A stretch of DNA of 64,000 nucleotides, taken from an uncultured bacterium. GTDB lineage: Bacteria; Desulfobacterota_D; UBA1144. The stretch's first letter is position 1, and every line of letters starts with the position of its first letter. Where the stretch lies: positions 66,180 through 130,179 of the forward strand of contig CAJWZP010000002.1 of NCBI GenBank assembly GCA_913050325.1, written 5' to 3'. Positions 41,064 through 52,167 of this stretch are shown here, piece after piece. A program made the translations under genes and the position numbers. The notes beneath the pieces were generated by a model. That model did no database searches. It saw nothing but the letters and a program-made list of their open reading frames with translations, and was not told where the DNA came from.

Positions 41064-42257
41064 ATGTCTAAAGAAAAATTTGAGAGGAATAAACCTCACT
41101 GTAATATAGGAACAATTGGTCATGTAGACCATGGAAAAACAACATTAACCGCTGCAATTACTATGACTCTAGCTAAAGCTGGTGGTAGTGAATCAATGTC
41201 TTATGAAGATATAGATAATGCACCGGAAGAGAAAGAAAGAGGTATTACAATTAATACTGCTCATGTTGAATATGAAACTGAATCTCGTCATTATGCTCAC
41301 GTTGACTGTCCTGGTCACGCTGATTATGTTAAAAATATGATTACTGGTGCCGCCCAAATGGATGGTGCAATATTAGTTGTTAGTGCAACAGACGGACCCA
41401 TGCCTCAAACAAGAGAGCATATCCTTTTAGCGAGACAAGTTGGAGTTCCTAGACTCGTTATTTTCTTGAACAAAGTTGATCAACTTGGTGGAGATAAAGA
41501 ACTAGTAGAACTAGTTGAATTAGAGGTAAGAGAATTACTAAATGAATACGGTTTTGAGGGAGATGATACTCCTATAGTTTCAGGATCTGCCTTAGCTGCA
41601 GTAGAAAATTCAGACCCCGAGACAGGTGAAAAAGCTATTATTGAATTAATGTCTAAAGTTGACGAGTGGATTCCACAGCCTACTAGAGATGTTGATAAGC
41701 CATTCTCACTTGCAATTGAAGACGTTTTTTCTATTTCAGGAAGAGGAACTGTTGTTACAGGAAGAGTTGAACAAGGGAAGTTAAACGTCGGAGATAAAAT
41801 TGAAATTGTTGGAATTAAAGATACTCAAGAAACAACAGCCACTGGAATTGAAATGTTTAGAAAATTATTAGATTATGCAGAAGCTGGAGATAATGTTGGT
41901 GTTTTATTAAGAGGTGTAGAGAAAGATCAGGTTGAAAGAGGACAAGTTCTTTGTGCTCCAGGCTCAATCAAACCCCATCAAAAATTTGAAGCTGAAGTTT
42001 ATGTTTTAAAGAAAGAAGAAGGTGGAAGACATACACCTTTCTTTAAAGGATATAGACCACAATTTTACTTTAGAACTACTGATGTAACTGGTTCAATAGA
42101 ATTAGGTGAAAATGTTGAAATGGTTATGCCAGGTGATAATACAAAAATGAACGTTGAACTAATTTGTCCTGTAGCTATGGTCGATGGATTAAAGTTTTCT
42201 ATTCGTGAAGGTGGAAGGACAGTAGGAGCTGGTGTTATTAGTAAAATAACAGAGTAA
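41064..42257 (+). CDS. tuf: elongation factor Tu
   Basis: 397 aa with [22 protein letters not shown]; the only tuf copy in the window. Confidence 0.97.
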   Translation: MSKEKFERNKPHCNIGTIGHVDHGKTTLTAAITMTLAKAGGSESMSYEDIDNAPEEKERGITINTAHVEYETESRHYAHVDCPGHADYVKNMITGAAQMDGAILVVSATDGPMPQTREHILLARQVGVPRLVIFLNKVDQLGGDKELVELVELEVRELLNEYGFEGDDTPIVSGSALAAVENSDPETGEKAIIELMSKVDEWIPQPTRDVDKPFSLAIEDVFSISGRGTVVTGRVEQGKLNVGDKIEIVGIKDTQETTATGIEMFRKLLDYAEAGDNVGVLLRGVEKDQVERGQVLCAPGSIKPHQKFEAEVYVLKKEEGGRHTPFFKGYRPQFYFRTTDVTGSIELGENVEMVMPGDNTKMNVELICPVAMVDGLKFSIREGGRTVGAGVISKITE

Positions 42258-42262
42258 AAAAT

Positions 42263-42583
42263 ATGGAAACCGCACCAAAAGTAAGAATAAAGCTTAAATC
42301 TTTTGATCATAAGCTTTTAGATAAATCAACATTTGATATTGTTGATACTGTGAAGAGAACAGGAGCTAAGGTTGCAGGTCCTATTCCGTTACCAACGGAT
42401 ATTTCTAGAACGTGTGTTTTAAGAGCCCCCCATGTTTACAAGGACTCAAGAGAACACTTTGAAATGAGGACCCATAAACGCCTAGTAGATATTCTTGAAC
42501 CTACACAGCAAACAATTGATTCTTTGATGAAACTTGATCTTGCGTCTGGTGTAGAAGTAGAGATAAAATTACAAGGTGTATGA
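42263..42583 (+). CDS. rpsJ: 30S ribosomal protein S10
   Basis: 106 aa with the S10 signature ([15 protein letters not shown]...). Confidence 0.95.
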   Translation: METAPKVRIKLKSFDHKLLDKSTFDIVDTVKRTGAKVAGPIPLPTDISRTCVLRAPHVYKDSREHFEMRTHKRLVDILEPTQQTIDSLMKLDLASGVEVEIKLQGV

Positions 42584-43329
42584 TGTCTGAAGAAAATACA
42601 GAAAATATAGAAAATACAGAAGTATCTCAAGAAGATGCCGTTCCAAATTCCGAGAATTCTGTAAATGATGCTATACAATCTCTTCGATTAAGCGGACTTA
42701 TGGGAATTAAGTTGGGTATGACTCATTCTATTCTTGATGATGGAAGAGTAATACCAACTACTTTGGTTAAACTTGGGCCTTGTTATGCATTAGAAAAAAA
42801 TTCAAAAAATCATAAAGTTTCACTCAAAGTTGGTTTTGAAGATATAAAACCGTCTTCATTAAATAAACCAAAATTATCATATCTCTCAAAATTAAATGTA
42901 AAGCCTTTAAAATTTATAAAAGAATTTGATTTATTAGAAGATACTGAAATTAAGCCTGGAACGGAAATTAAAGCTGATATTTTTAAAGCTGGAGATATAG
43001 CAGATGTTACCTCTAATTCTAAAGGTAAAGGTTTTTCTGGTGTTATAAAAAGACATAATTTTGCTGGGTTGAGACATACTCATGGTACACCTCAAAATCA
43101 AAGATCTGGTGGATCAATTGGTGCTTGTGCATATCCTGGTAGAGTTTGGAAAGGACAAAAAATGGCTGGTAGATATGGCGGTAAGAAATCTACCATTCAA
43201 GGACTTGAAATATTAAAAATTGATTTAGACAAAAACTTAATATTTATTAAAGGATCAATACCTGGTTCAAAAGGCTCATTGGTTTATGTTAATCATACAA
43301 GGAAAGGTAATGGATTTAGAGATATTTAA
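42580..43329 (+). CDS. rplC: 50S ribosomal protein L3 (with ~40-aa acidic N-terminal extension if the coupled ATG at 42580 is used)
   Basis: The conserved L3 core starts at [13 protein letters not shown]. The upstream residues [30 protein letters not shown] are acidic and low complexity. The ATG overlaps the rpsJ stop (ATGA). An alternative start at Met41 (42700) has a weak SD. Confidence 0.85.
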   Translation: MMSEENTENIENTEVSQEDAVPNSENSVNDAIQSLRLSGLMGIKLGMTHSILDDGRVIPTTLVKLGPCYALEKNSKNHKVSLKVGFEDIKPSSLNKPKLSYLSKLNVKPLKFIKEFDLLEDTEIKPGTEIKADIFKAGDIADVTSNSKGKGFSGVIKRHNFAGLRHTHGTPQNQRSGGSIGACAYPGRVWKGQKMAGRYGGKKSTIQGLEILKIDLDKNLIFIKGSIPGSKGSLVYVNHTRKGNGFRDI

Positions 43330-43927
43330 TTTAGAAAACAATAGTGTCGGAAAACATAAACTTGATACTTCAAATTTTAAGGAAATTAACAAAACTGTTG
43401 TAAGTCAAGTTGTAAAATGGCAATTAGCTAAAAAACGTGCAGGTACTGTTTCTACTAAAAATAGAGCTTTAGTAAAAGGAAGTGGTAAAAAACCATTCAA
43501 ACAAAAAGGCACAGGTAATGCTAGAGCTGGTACAAGAACATCTCCAATTTGGAGAGGAGGTGGCGTAATATTTGGCCCAAGTCCAAAAGATTGGTCATAT
43601 TCTATTCCAAAGAAAATTAGAAAGCTAGCATTGCAAAATGCACTTCAGTATAAATTGGATGATGGATCATTGATGGTAATAGATTCTTTCGAAATTGAGT
43701 CGCCTAAAACAAAAGATCTTGTTACAAAATTAAATAATTTTTCTTTAGGTAAGAAAATTTTGTTAATTAATGAAGCTGATAATATAAACTTAGAATTATC
43801 ATCAAGAAATTTACAAAATGTTAAGTTGATTCATCCAAACGGTGTTAATGTATATGATTTATTAAATTATTCCTCAGTTTTAATTTCCAAAGAATCACTA
43901 AATGTACTTATTGAGAGAGTTAAATAA
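43310..43927 (+). CDS. rplD: 50S ribosomal protein L4
   Basis: Start [11 protein letters not shown] at 43310 with an AGGAAAGG SD. The ORF track's start at 43286 would overlap rplC by 44 nt. L4 family sequence (GTGNARAGTRTSPIWRGGGVIFGP). Confidence 0.9.
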   Translation: MDLEIFNLENNSVGKHKLDTSNFKEINKTVVSQVVKWQLAKKRAGTVSTKNRALVKGSGKKPFKQKGTGNARAGTRTSPIWRGGGVIFGPSPKDWSYSIPKKIRKLALQNALQYKLDDGSLMVIDSFEIESPKTKDLVTKLNNFSLGKKILLINEADNINLELSSRNLQNVKLIHPNGVNVYDLLNYSSVLISKESLNVLIERVK

Positions 43928-44218
43928 ATGAAAAAATTTATATCTGATATTTTAATTAAACCTTTAATGACAGAAAAGACTGCTGCATTAGGTCAGTCAG
44001 AATGCTATGTTTTTGAAGTCTTACCATCATCTAATAAGAATGAAATAAGGGACGCAATACAGAAATTTTTTGATGTAAAAGTAAAGGATATTAGAACATC
44101 TACTAAACCTGGAAAATTTGTTAAAAAAGGTGGAAGAGTTGTTGGAAAAAGATCAAAGCAAAAAAAAGCATACATTACATTAAGTGAAGGAAAAATTGAG
44201 TTAATACAAGGAGTATAA
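43928..44218 (+). CDS. rplW: 50S ribosomal protein L23
   Basis: 96 aa; position and L23 family sequence. Confidence 0.92.
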   Translation: MKKFISDILIKPLMTEKTAALGQSECYVFEVLPSSNKNEIRDAIQKFFDVKVKDIRTSTKPGKFVKKGGRVVGKRSKQKKAYITLSEGKIELIQGV

Positions 44219-44219
44219 A

Positions 44220-45068
44220 GTGGCTATACAAAAATATAAACCAACTAGTCCTGGAAGACGTTTTATGACATCGGCTGATTTTGATGAGGTAACATCTTCT
44301 ACTCCGCATAAACCTCTTTTAAAATCAGTTCATAAAAAGAAAGGTCGAAATAATAATGGAAGAATTACTTCAAAAAGCAGAGGTGGTGGGGCAAAAAGGT
44401 TATATAGAATTATAGATTTTAAGAGAGATAAATTTAATGTCTCCGGTACTGTTAAAACTATTGAGTATGATCCAAATAGGTCATCAAGAATTGCTTTAAT
44501 CAATTATATAGATGGAGAAAAAAGATATATTCTAGCTCCCTTAAATATAAAAGTTGGTGATAAAATAATTTCATCAGACAAAACAGAAATTCAAATAGGA
44601 AATTCTTTACTTTTAAAAAATATACCTGAAGGGACTCTAGTTCATAATATTGAAATGTCTCCTAAAGGCGGTGGAAAGATCGCTCGTTCTGCTGGTGCTT
44701 ATGCAACAGTTTTAGGCACCGAAGATTCTTTAACTCAGATTAAATTATCATCAGGTGAAACTAGAAAGATATTGTCTAACTGTCGTGCAACTGTAGGTAA
44801 ATTAGGTAATGAGAAACATAATCAAATTGTTATTGGTAAAGCTGGTAGGAAAAGATATTTAGGTAGAAGGCCTAAGGTTAGAGGAGTTGCTATGAACCCT
44901 GTAGATCATCCACATGGCGGTGGTGAAGGAAAGGCAGCAAGAGGTAATCCACATCCAGTTTCAAAATGGGGTTGGATAACTATTGGTAAGAAAACAAGAA
45001 ATAATCCAAAAACTGATAAATTAATAGTTAAAAGAAGAAGAATAGGATACGGGATGGATAAGAGGTAA
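44220..45068 (+). CDS. rplB: 50S ribosomal protein L2 (GTG start)
   Basis: 282 aa with L2 signatures (PTSPGRRF; HGGGEGKAARGNPHPVSKWG). Confidence 0.95.
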   Translation: MAIQKYKPTSPGRRFMTSADFDEVTSSTPHKPLLKSVHKKKGRNNNGRITSKSRGGGAKRLYRIIDFKRDKFNVSGTVKTIEYDPNRSSRIALINYIDGEKRYILAPLNIKVGDKIISSDKTEIQIGNSLLLKNIPEGTLVHNIEMSPKGGGKIARSAGAYATVLGTEDSLTQIKLSSGETRKILSNCRATVGKLGNEKHNQIVIGKAGRKRYLGRRPKVRGVAMNPVDHPHGGGEGKAARGNPHPVSKWGWITIGKKTRNNPKTDKLIVKRRRIGYGMDKR

Positions 45069-45071
45069 TTT

Positions 45072-45356
45072 ATGGGCAGATCAGTCAAAAAAGGGCCTTT
45101 CGTTGATGAAAAATTAATGAAAAAGGTCACAAAAGCTAAAGAAGAAGATAGTCAAAAGATTATAAAAACATGGTCTAGAAGGTCTATGATAGTCCCTGAA
45201 ATGATTGGATTAACCTTTGCTGTATATAATGGCAAGAAGTTTGTTCCGGTTTATGTTACTGAATATATGCTAGGACATAAATTAGGTGAATTCTCTCCAA
45301 CCAGGACATTTGTATCTCATGCGGGCGGCGATAAAAAATCTAAGGTGGGCAGATAA
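45072..45356 (+). CDS. rpsS: 30S ribosomal protein S19
   Basis: 94 aa; [12 protein letters not shown] is the S19 N-terminus. Confidence 0.95.
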   Translation: MGRSVKKGPFVDEKLMKKVTKAKEEDSQKIIKTWSRRSMIVPEMIGLTFAVYNGKKFVPVYVTEYMLGHKLGEFSPTRTFVSHAGGDKKSKVGR

Positions 45357-45694
45357 TGATTTCTAAAGCAATCAATAAATACATTAGAAGAACTCCTAGA
45401 AAAGTTAATGCTGTTTTAACTGCAATTAGGGGAAAAAAAGTAGATTATGCATTTATGCTTCTAAAAAATTTAAACAAAGCTGCTAAAACAGAAGTTTCAA
45501 AAACACTTAAGTCAGCTGTTTCAAATGCTTATGAAAAGGGTTTTACTGACACCGACAAGATTGTTATTTCTGAAGCATATAGTACGGAAGGGCCTATATT
45601 TAAAAGATTTAAAGCAAGAGCTATGGGAAGAGCAACTAAAAGATATAAAAGAACAAGCCATATTACAATTATTTTAAAGGAGGAAGTTAACTAA
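45356..45694 (+). CDS. rplV: 50S ribosomal protein L22
   Basis: 112 aa, L22 family. Confidence 0.92.
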   Translation: MISKAINKYIRRTPRKVNAVLTAIRGKKVDYAFMLLKNLNKAAKTEVSKTLKSAVSNAYEKGFTDTDKIVISEAYSTEGPIFKRFKARAMGRATKRYKRTSHITIILKEEVN

Positions 45695-46371
45695 TGGGAC
45701 AAAAAGTTAATCCAATATCTATTCGCTTAGGAATTACTCGTAACTGGTCCTCCAATTGGTTTGTTGCGAACAAGTCAAAATATAAAGATTATCTTCATGA
45801 GGATTTAAAAATAAGAACTCATGTAAAGAAAAAATTTTTTCAAGCTGGAATATCTAAATTAGAAATTGAAAGATCCTCTGATGAAAAAATTCGTTTAGTA
45901 GTCTACTGTTCAAAGCCAGGATTACTGATAGGTAGGAAAGGTGTAGACATAGAACTTCTAAGGAAAGAGTTAAACAAGATGGCAGGAAAAGATGTTTATA
46001 TTGATATAAGAGAGGTCAAAAGACCTGAAATAGATTCTCAACTGGTTGCAGAAAATATAGCACTTCAACTTGAAAGAAGAGTGGCATATAGAAGAGCCAT
46101 GAAAAGAAGTATGTCCTCAGCATTAAGACTAGGTGCAATTGGCATTAAGGTTATGGTTTCTGGAAGACTTGGTGGTGCCGAGATTGCAAGAAGTGAATGG
46201 TATAGAGAAGGTAGAGTTCCGTTAAGTACATTGAGAGCGGATATAGATTATGGATTTGCCGAAGCCCTTACTACATATGGAATTATTGGAATTAAAGTTT
46301 GGATCTTTAAAGGTGAAGTTATAAAAAGAAAAGAAAAAAATATAAAAGAGGTGTCCAGTGCTTCAGCCTAA
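45694..46371 (+). CDS. rpsC: 30S ribosomal protein S3
   Basis: 225 aa; [18 protein letters not shown] is the S3 N-terminus; KH domain. Confidence 0.95.
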   Translation: MGQKVNPISIRLGITRNWSSNWFVANKSKYKDYLHEDLKIRTHVKKKFFQAGISKLEIERSSDEKIRLVVYCSKPGLLIGRKGVDIELLRKELNKMAGKDVYIDIREVKRPEIDSQLVAENIALQLERRVAYRRAMKRSMSSALRLGAIGIKVMVSGRLGGAEIARSEWYREGRVPLSTLRADIDYGFAEALTTYGIIGIKVWIFKGEVIKRKEKNIKEVSSASA

Positions 46372-46780
46372 AAAAAGTAAACATAGAAAGGTACATAAGG
46401 GAAGAGTTCGTGGAGTAGCTACCAAAGGTAATAAAGTATCTTTTGGGGAATACGGTTTGCAATCCATTGATTTCTCTAGAATTACTGGAAGACAAATTGA
46501 AGCTGCAAGGATTGCTATTACACGTAAAGTTAAAAGAGGCGCAAAGTTATGGATTAGAATCTTTCCTCATAAACCGGTTTCAAAGAAACCTGCAGAAGTA
46601 AGAATGGGTAAAGGTAAAGGTGATATAGACAGATACGTAGCACCAATAAAAAAAGGAACAATGTTGTTTGAAATAGCAGGTGTTGATGAAGAACTAGCCA
46701 GAGAAGCTTTAAGGTTAGCTTCAGGAAAGCTACCTGTTAGAACTAGAGTGGTTGTTAGGACAAGAGGTTTATTAATATAA
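46358..46780 (+). CDS. rplP: 50S ribosomal protein L16
   Basis: 140 aa; [16 protein letters not shown] is the L16 N-terminus. Confidence 0.95.
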   Translation: MLQPKKSKHRKVHKGRVRGVATKGNKVSFGEYGLQSIDFSRITGRQIEAARIAITRKVKRGAKLWIRIFPHKPVSKKPAEVRMGKGKGDIDRYVAPIKKGTMLFEIAGVDEELAREALRLASGKLPVRTRVVVRTRGLLI

Positions 46781-46980
46781 TGAAAATGTCTGAAATTAAA
46801 AAATTAGATACTATAGAAATTGAGAAGAAAATAATTGAACTTAAAGATTCAATTTTAAAATCAAAAATTTCTAAGTTAAATCAAGGGGATTTTGATTCAA
46901 ATACTTTTTCTAAAATTAGAAAAGATATTGCAAGGTGTTTAACTGAACTTAATTCCAGAAGAGGAGATGAAAATGTCTAG
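46780..46980 (+). CDS. rpmC: 50S ribosomal protein L29
   Basis: 66 aa; position between rplP and rpsQ; helical L29-like sequence. Confidence 0.88.
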   Translation: MKMSEIKKLDTIEIEKKIIELKDSILKSKISKLNQGDFDSNTFSKIRKDIARCLTELNSRRGDENV

Positions 46981-47233
46981 AGGTAGAATGAGAGAATTAA
47001 AAGGTGTTGTTATTAAAAATTCATCTGATAAAACAGTGACAGTTCAAACTGAGACATCAAATAAAAATAGAATATATAATAAAATTGTTGTTATGAAGAA
47101 GAAGTTCCATGTTCATGATGAGAAAAACGAAGCTAAAGTTGGTGATGAAATTAGAGCAATTGAAACAAAACCAATAAGCAAAAGTAAAAGATGGAAGTTG
47201 GTAGAAGTTATTAATAAAGGAGAAGCCTTATGA
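46967..47233 (+). CDS. rpsQ: 30S ribosomal protein S17
   Basis: S17 OB fold ([17 protein letters not shown]...[31 protein letters not shown]). The start may be the ATG at 46973. Confidence 0.92.
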   Translation: MKMSRGRMRELKGVVIKNSSDKTVTVQTETSNKNRIYNKIVVMKKKFHVHDEKNEAKVGDEIRAIETKPISKSKRWKLVEVINKGEAL

Positions 47234-47598
47234 TTCAAACTGAAACTCAATTAGTTTCTGCAGATAATTCAGGTGCAAAACAATTGAATGTAATAAATCT
47301 TAAGGGCGGTTCTTACAGGAGATACGCCAGAATTGGTGACATTGTAACAGTATCTATTAGAGCTGCTATTCCAAATTCAAAAGTTGAAAAAGGTAAAATT
47401 TTTCAAGCAGTTATTGTTAGGACAAAAAAAGAATTGAGAAGACCAGACGGTTCATATATTAGATTTGATGATAATGCAGCAGTATTAATAAATAAAGAAA
47501 ACCAACCAGTTGGAACAAGAATTTTTGGTCCAGTTGCTAGAGAATTAAGAAATAAGGGTTTTATGAAAATTGTATCATTAGCCCCGGAGGTCCTTTAA
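47230..47598 (+). CDS. rplN: 50S ribosomal protein L14
   Basis: 122 aa; [17 protein letters not shown] is the L14 N-terminus. Confidence 0.95.
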   Translation: MIQTETQLVSADNSGAKQLNVINLKGGSYRRYARIGDIVTVSIRAAIPNSKVEKGKIFQAVIVRTKKELRRPDGSYIRFDDNAAVLINKENQPVGTRIFGPVARELRNKGFMKIVSLAPEVL

Positions 47599-47600
47599 AA

Positions 47601-47837
47601 ATGGGAAAGAATAATAAACCTAAAAAAGGACAAGAGGTTAAAATCATAGCTGGAAAATATAAAGGTCAGGTTGGTAAGGTTTTAAATGTTTTTCCAAAAG
47701 ATGACAAGGTAATCATTGAAAACATAAATGTTGCTAAAAGACATGTAAAACCAAATCAGCAGAATCAAACTGGTGGAATTATAAATAAAGAAAAGCCAAT
47801 ACATATTTCAAATGTGAGAGTAGTAGAGAATGGATAA
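47601..47837 (+). CDS. rplX: 50S ribosomal protein L24 (short form)
   Basis: 78 aa with a KOW motif (KKGQEVKIIAGKYKGQVGKV); position between rplN and rplE. Confidence 0.85.
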   Translation: MGKNNKPKKGQEVKIIAGKYKGQVGKVLNVFPKDDKVIIENINVAKRHVKPNQQNQTGGIINKEKPIHISNVRVVENG

Positions 47838-48378
47838 TTTAAAAGTTTTATATAAAAATCTGGCTCCTGATATTTTAAATGATATAAATCTAAAAAATAA
47901 AATGGAGATTCCCAAAATTGTCAAAGTATCGATTAATATGGGTTTAGGTAAAATGTCTGATGCGGGTAAAGATTCAAAATTAATTGAAGAATCTGTTGAA
48001 GAGTTGTCAAAAATTGCAAATCAAAAAGCTGTACCTACAAAAGCTAAAAAGTCAGAAGCTGGCTTTAAACTTAGGGAAGGATCTTCAATAGGTGCTAGAG
48101 TAACATTAAGAGGAAATAAAATGTATGAATTTCTAATGAAATTACTACATCTTGCATTACCAAGAGTTAGAGATTTTAGAGGTATTTCAAGGAAAGCTTT
48201 TGATAAAAGAGGTAATTATAACTTAGGCATTCAAGATCATCTTGTATTTCCTGAAATTGATCCGACAAAAACATCAAGGAGTAAAGGGCTTAATATAACT
48301 ATCGTTACAACTGCTTTGTCAGATAATGATGGATTAATATTATTGGAAAAATTAGGATTTCCCTTTAAAAAGAAGTAA
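47830..48378 (+). CDS. rplE: 50S ribosomal protein L5
   Basis: 182 aa, L5 family (…NLGIQDHLVFPEI...). Confidence 0.95.
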   Translation: MDNLKVLYKNLAPDILNDINLKNKMEIPKIVKVSINMGLGKMSDAGKDSKLIEESVEELSKIANQKAVPTKAKKSEAGFKLREGSSIGARVTLRGNKMYEFLMKLLHLALPRVRDFRGISRKAFDKRGNYNLGIQDHLVFPEIDPTKTSRSKGLNITIVTTALSDNDGLILLEKLGFPFKKK

Positions 48379-48394
48379 AGGAGCATTTTGAATT

Positions 48395-48580
48395 ATGGCA
48401 AAGAAGTCAATGATAGTTAAAGCTAATAAAAAACAAAAATTTAAGGTTAGAGAATATAATAGATGCCCTCTAACAGGACGCCCACGAGGTTTTATAAGAA
48501 AGTATGGTATGAGTAGAAATGCTTTTAGAAAACTTGCTAGTCAAGGACTAATACCAGGAGTTAAAAAAGCCAGTTGGTAG
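48395..48580 (+). CDS. rpsN: 30S ribosomal protein S14, short (61-aa, type Z-length) form with only one of four zinc-ligand cysteines
   Basis: [61 protein letters not shown]. Conserved C-terminus [11 protein letters not shown]. Confidence 0.92.
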   Translation: MAKKSMIVKANKKQKFKVREYNRCPLTGRPRGFIRKYGMSRNAFRKLASQGLIPGVKKASW

Positions 48581-48590
48581 TGAGGTTAAT

Positions 48591-48986
48591 ATGGTTATAG
48601 ATCCAATTTCAGATATGTTAACTAGAATTAGAAATGCTGTTTCAAAAAAACATAAAAATGTTTTAATTCCTAGTTCTAAATTTAAGATAGAAATCGCTAA
48701 AATTTTGGAGGAAGAAGGTTTCATTAATTCCTATGAATTAATTAAAAATACTAAGTTTGCTTCAATTAAAATTGATTTAAAGTATGATGATAAAAAAACT
48801 TCTGTAATTAAGAAGATTAAAAGGATTAGCAAGCCAGGGTTACGAGTTTATGTAAATAAAAATGAAATTCCACGAATTTCTGGTGGTCTTGGAACTTCAA
48901 TAATTTCAACTTCTAAAGGTGTTATGACAGGTAATAAAGCTAGATCGATTGGTGTAGGAGGAGAGATACTCTGTAGTATTTTATAA
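48591..48986 (+). CDS. rpsH: 30S ribosomal protein S8
   Basis: 131 aa; [13 protein letters not shown] is the S8 N-terminus. Confidence 0.95.
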   Translation: MVIDPISDMLTRIRNAVSKKHKNVLIPSSKFKIEIAKILEEEGFINSYELIKNTKFASIKIDLKYDDKKTSVIKKIKRISKPGLRVYVNKNEIPRISGGLGTSIISTSKGVMTGNKARSIGVGGEILCSIL

Positions 48987-48991
48987 TTATA

Positions 48992-49546
48992 ATGTCAAGA
49001 ATTGGTAACAAAGAAATAATTATTAACAAAGATCTTCAAGTAGCCTTTACAGATGGTTTATTACAGATTAAAGGACCAAAAGGTGAGTTATCTCGTGCAA
49101 TTTCGTCTGATCTCGTTCTAGATATTTCAGAAGAAAAAATTCTTGTGAAAAGAGAAACTGATATTAGCAGAGTAAAAGCTCTGCATGGTTTAACTAGATC
49201 CTTAATTAATAATATGATTATAGGTGTAACAGAGGGTTTTGAAAAAATTTTAGAAATTAAAGGAACAGGTTATAAATGTGATATCAAGTCAAAAAAAGAA
49301 TTGGTGTTAAACCTGGGATATTCAAATCCTATAAACTTTTCATTGCCTGAGGGTATAGAAGCAGAAACTGAAAATAAAGGTACTTTATTAAAAATTAAAG
49401 GCATAAATAAAGAGATTGTAGGTGAGGTTGCTGCTAGAATTCGAAAATTACGTAAACCTGAAAGATACAAAGGAAAAGGTGTAAGATACCAAGGTGAGTA
49501 TGTTAAATTGAAAGCTGGTAAATCGGCAGGATCTAAAGGTGATTAA
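48992..49546 (+). CDS. rplF: 50S ribosomal protein L6
   Basis: 184 aa; MSRIGNKEI is the L6 N-terminus; two-domain L6. Confidence 0.95.
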   Translation: MSRIGNKEIIINKDLQVAFTDGLLQIKGPKGELSRAISSDLVLDISEEKILVKRETDISRVKALHGLTRSLINNMIIGVTEGFEKILEIKGTGYKCDIKSKKELVLNLGYSNPINFSLPEGIEAETENKGTLLKIKGINKEIVGEVAARIRKLRKPERYKGKGVRYQGEYVKLKAGKSAGSKGD

Positions 49547-49548
49547 TT

Positions 49549-49881
49549 ATGATTAAACAAATTGAAAAGAATAAATTAAGAATTAAAAGACATTCTAGAA
49601 ATAGAAAGAACATAAATGGAACTTCAACTGTTCCAAGATTATATATTTTCAGATCATTAAAAAATTATTACGTAAATTTGGTGGATGATGAAAAAGGAAT
49701 TACACTTGCGTCTGCTGCAATAAAAAAACAAGAGCCTTCAAATAAATTAGCGGAAATTTTATCTGAGAAGGCTTCAAAGTTAGGCATAGATAAAATAGTC
49801 TTTGATAAGAGTGGTTATAAATACCATGGAAGAGTCAAGCAATTTGCTGATGCTTTGAGAGAAAAAGGTATTAATTTTTAA
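49549..49881 (+). CDS. rplR: 50S ribosomal protein L18
   Basis: 110 aa, L18 family (RLYIFRSLKNYYVNLVDDEKGITLAS...). Confidence 0.92.
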   Translation: MIKQIEKNKLRIKRHSRNRKNINGTSTVPRLYIFRSLKNYYVNLVDDEKGITLASAAIKKQEPSNKLAEILSEKASKLGIDKIVFDKSGYKYHGRVKQFADALREKGINF

Positions 49882-49892
49882 GGAGTTACATA

Positions 49893-50432
49893 TTGAGTAT
49901 TAACCAGGATAAAGAGTTTATTGAAAAAATAATACATATTAGAAGAGTTGCTAAAGTTACAAAAGGTGGAAAAAATTTCCATTTCACCGCATTAGTTGTA
50001 ATAGGAAACATGAAAGGTAAAGTTGGATCGGGGTTAGGAAAATCGAATGAGGTCCCAGATGCAATTAGGAAAGCTATTGAAAAAGCCAAGAAAAATATAA
50101 TAGAAATAAATATGAATGGAAGGACTATTACTCATGAAGTCTATGCAAAATCTTTATCTTCTCAAGTTATGATAAGACCTGCTGGATCTGGTACTGGAGT
50201 TATAGCTGGTGCTGCAGTTAGGTCAGTTTTAGAGCTTGCTGGTATTAAAGATGTACTAACCAAGTCTATTGGTTCTAGGAATCCAATAAATGTTGTTAAT
50301 GCTACAATAGAATGTTTAAAATCTTTATCTGAGCCAATTAAAACTGCTGAAAAGAGGGGTAAAGAATCATCAGATTTAGATTTACCTAAACAATATTATA
50401 AAAACAAAGCAGAAGGTGAGATTAATGCTTAA
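49893..50432 (+). CDS. rpsE: 30S ribosomal protein S5 (TTG start)
   Basis: 179 aa with an S5 dsRBD and C-domain (RVAKVTKGGKNFHFTALVVIGN...). Its stop directly abuts or overlaps rplO, so there is no room for rpmD. Confidence 0.93.
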   Translation: MSINQDKEFIEKIIHIRRVAKVTKGGKNFHFTALVVIGNMKGKVGSGLGKSNEVPDAIRKAIEKAKKNIIEINMNGRTITHEVYAKSLSSQVMIRPAGSGTGVIAGAAVRSVLELAGIKDVLTKSIGSRNPINVVNATIECLKSLSEPIKTAEKRGKESSDLDLPKQYYKNKAEGEINA

Positions 50433-50850
50433 TAACTTGAAAAAAACTACAATTTTTAAGAAAACACGAGTTGCTCGAGGACCGGGATCTAAGGGTAAAA
50501 CCGCTGGTAGAGGACATAAAGGACAGAATTCTAGGTCAGGTGGTGGTGTTCCTATTCTTTTTGAAGGTGGACAATCTAGTTTTGTTTTAAGAACTCCTAA
50601 AAGAGGTTTCAAAAATTATAATAGAATTAATTTTGAAGTATTAAATGTTGGAACTCTTAATAAAATTGATTTAAATGAGGAATTTAATAAAGAATCTTTA
50701 ACTAAACTAGGGAAAATTAAAGGAAATAAACCATTAAAAATTTTAGGTCAAGGAGAATTGAATAAAAAAATTATTATAAAAGCAGATGCTTTTTCAAAAT
50801 CAGCAGAAGATAAAATAAAATCTGCTGGTGGTTCTATAAGTATAGTATGA
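50416..50850 (+). CDS. rplO: 50S ribosomal protein L15
   Basis: 144 aa with a Gly/Arg-rich L15 N-domain (RVARGPGSKGKTAGRGHKGQNSRSGG). Start 50416 or 50425. Confidence 0.92.
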   Translation: MRLMLNNLKKTTIFKKTRVARGPGSKGKTAGRGHKGQNSRSGGGVPILFEGGQSSFVLRTPKRGFKNYNRINFEVLNVGTLNKIDLNEEFNKESLTKLGKIKGNKPLKILGQGELNKKIIIKADAFSKSAEDKIKSAGGSISIV

Positions 50851-52163
50851 GCACAGTCGATTCATTACCAAAATTACCTGAATTGAATAAAAAAATTCTT
50901 TTTACCTTATTTATTTTAATCATTTATAGATTAGGTGTTTTTGTTCCAATTCCTGGTGTTGATTCCGCAGAAATTCTTAAAATCTTTTCTAACCAAGGTA
51001 AATCTTTCTTTGATATCATTAATCTTTTTTCTGGTGGAGCATTTGAGAGAGCGTCTATTTTTGCGTTAGGTGTTATGCCATATATAACGGCTTCAATTGT
51101 TATGTCTCTTGTTGTAAAAACTGTCCCAAAATTAGAGGAGCTAAACAAGGATTCAAGTGGAAAAAAACAAATTTCTCAGTATTCAAGGTATTTAACAATT
51201 ATAATTTGTTTTTTTCAAGCTTCTTTATTGGTTACTGCTTTACAGACCGGTTTAGGTACTGGATCAGATATAGTTTTTGATCCTGGTTTATCTTTTTATT
51301 TAATGACAGTATTTACTTTAACTGCAGGAACATTTTTTGTTATGTGGCTTGGTGAGCAAATTACTGCTAAAGGAATTGGAAATGGTCTGTCTTTAATCAT
51401 TGCAGCTTCTATTATTACAGGAGCTCCCTCTGCAATAGGTAAGCTGTTTAACTTTGTTTCTGTTGGAAGCTTAAATATTTTAACTATAATTTTATTTGTA
51501 ATAATTATGCTAGTCATTCTGTATTCTGTAGTTTTTGTGGAAAGATCATTCAGAAAAATACCTGTACAATATCCCCAAAAAACAAAAGGAAGAAAAGTTT
51601 CAATGTCACAATCATCGCATTTACCTTTAAAAATTAATCCTGCAGGAGTTATTCCACCGATTTTTGCATCTTCGATTTTATTGTTACCTTTAACAATATT
51701 AAATTATGTCGATGTTCCAAGTTTGAATAAATTATCTGCATCTTTTCTGAATAATGGATTCATATATAATTTTGTTTTTGCATTACTTGTGATTTTTTTC
51801 ACTTTTTTTTATACAGGAATGGTTATTAATCCAAAAGATATGTCTGAGAACTTAAAAAAGAATGGAGCTTTCATACCTGGTATAAGACCTGGATCAAATA
51901 CAACCGATTATATTAAAAATGTAATGTCTAAATTAACTGTGATAGGAGCTCTATATTTAGCTCTCGTATGTATCATACCAGCGGTTTTAAATGCAAAACC
52001 GTTTAGTTTGCCATTTTTCTTTGGAGGTACATCTCTTTTAATTGTAATAGGAGTAACTTTAGATACTATTCAACAAATTCAATCTTTTCTAATTTCAGAT
52101 AATTATGATAATTTTGGAAATAAAAAAAGGAAAAAAGAACCTAGCAGGTTCAACATGAGGTGA
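50847..52163 (+). CDS. secY: preprotein translocase subunit SecY
   Basis: 438 aa with 10 TM segments and SecY motifs (GNGLSLIIAASII; PFFFGGTSLLIVIGV). Confidence 0.95.
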   Translation: MSTVDSLPKLPELNKKILFTLFILIIYRLGVFVPIPGVDSAEILKIFSNQGKSFFDIINLFSGGAFERASIFALGVMPYITASIVMSLVVKTVPKLEELNKDSSGKKQISQYSRYLTIIICFFQASLLVTALQTGLGTGSDIVFDPGLSFYLMTVFTLTAGTFFVMWLGEQITAKGIGNGLSLIIAASIITGAPSAIGKLFNFVSVGSLNILTIILFVIIMLVILYSVVFVERSFRKIPVQYPQKTKGRKVSMSQSSHLPLKINPAGVIPPIFASSILLLPLTILNYVDVPSLNKLSASFLNNGFIYNFVFALLVIFFTFFYTGMVINPKDMSENLKKNGAFIPGIRPGSNTTDYIKNVMSKLTVIGALYLALVCIIPAVLNAKPFSLPFFFGGTSLLIVIGVTLDTIQQIQSFLISDNYDNFGNKKRKKEPSRFNMR

Positions 52164-52167
52164 TATT

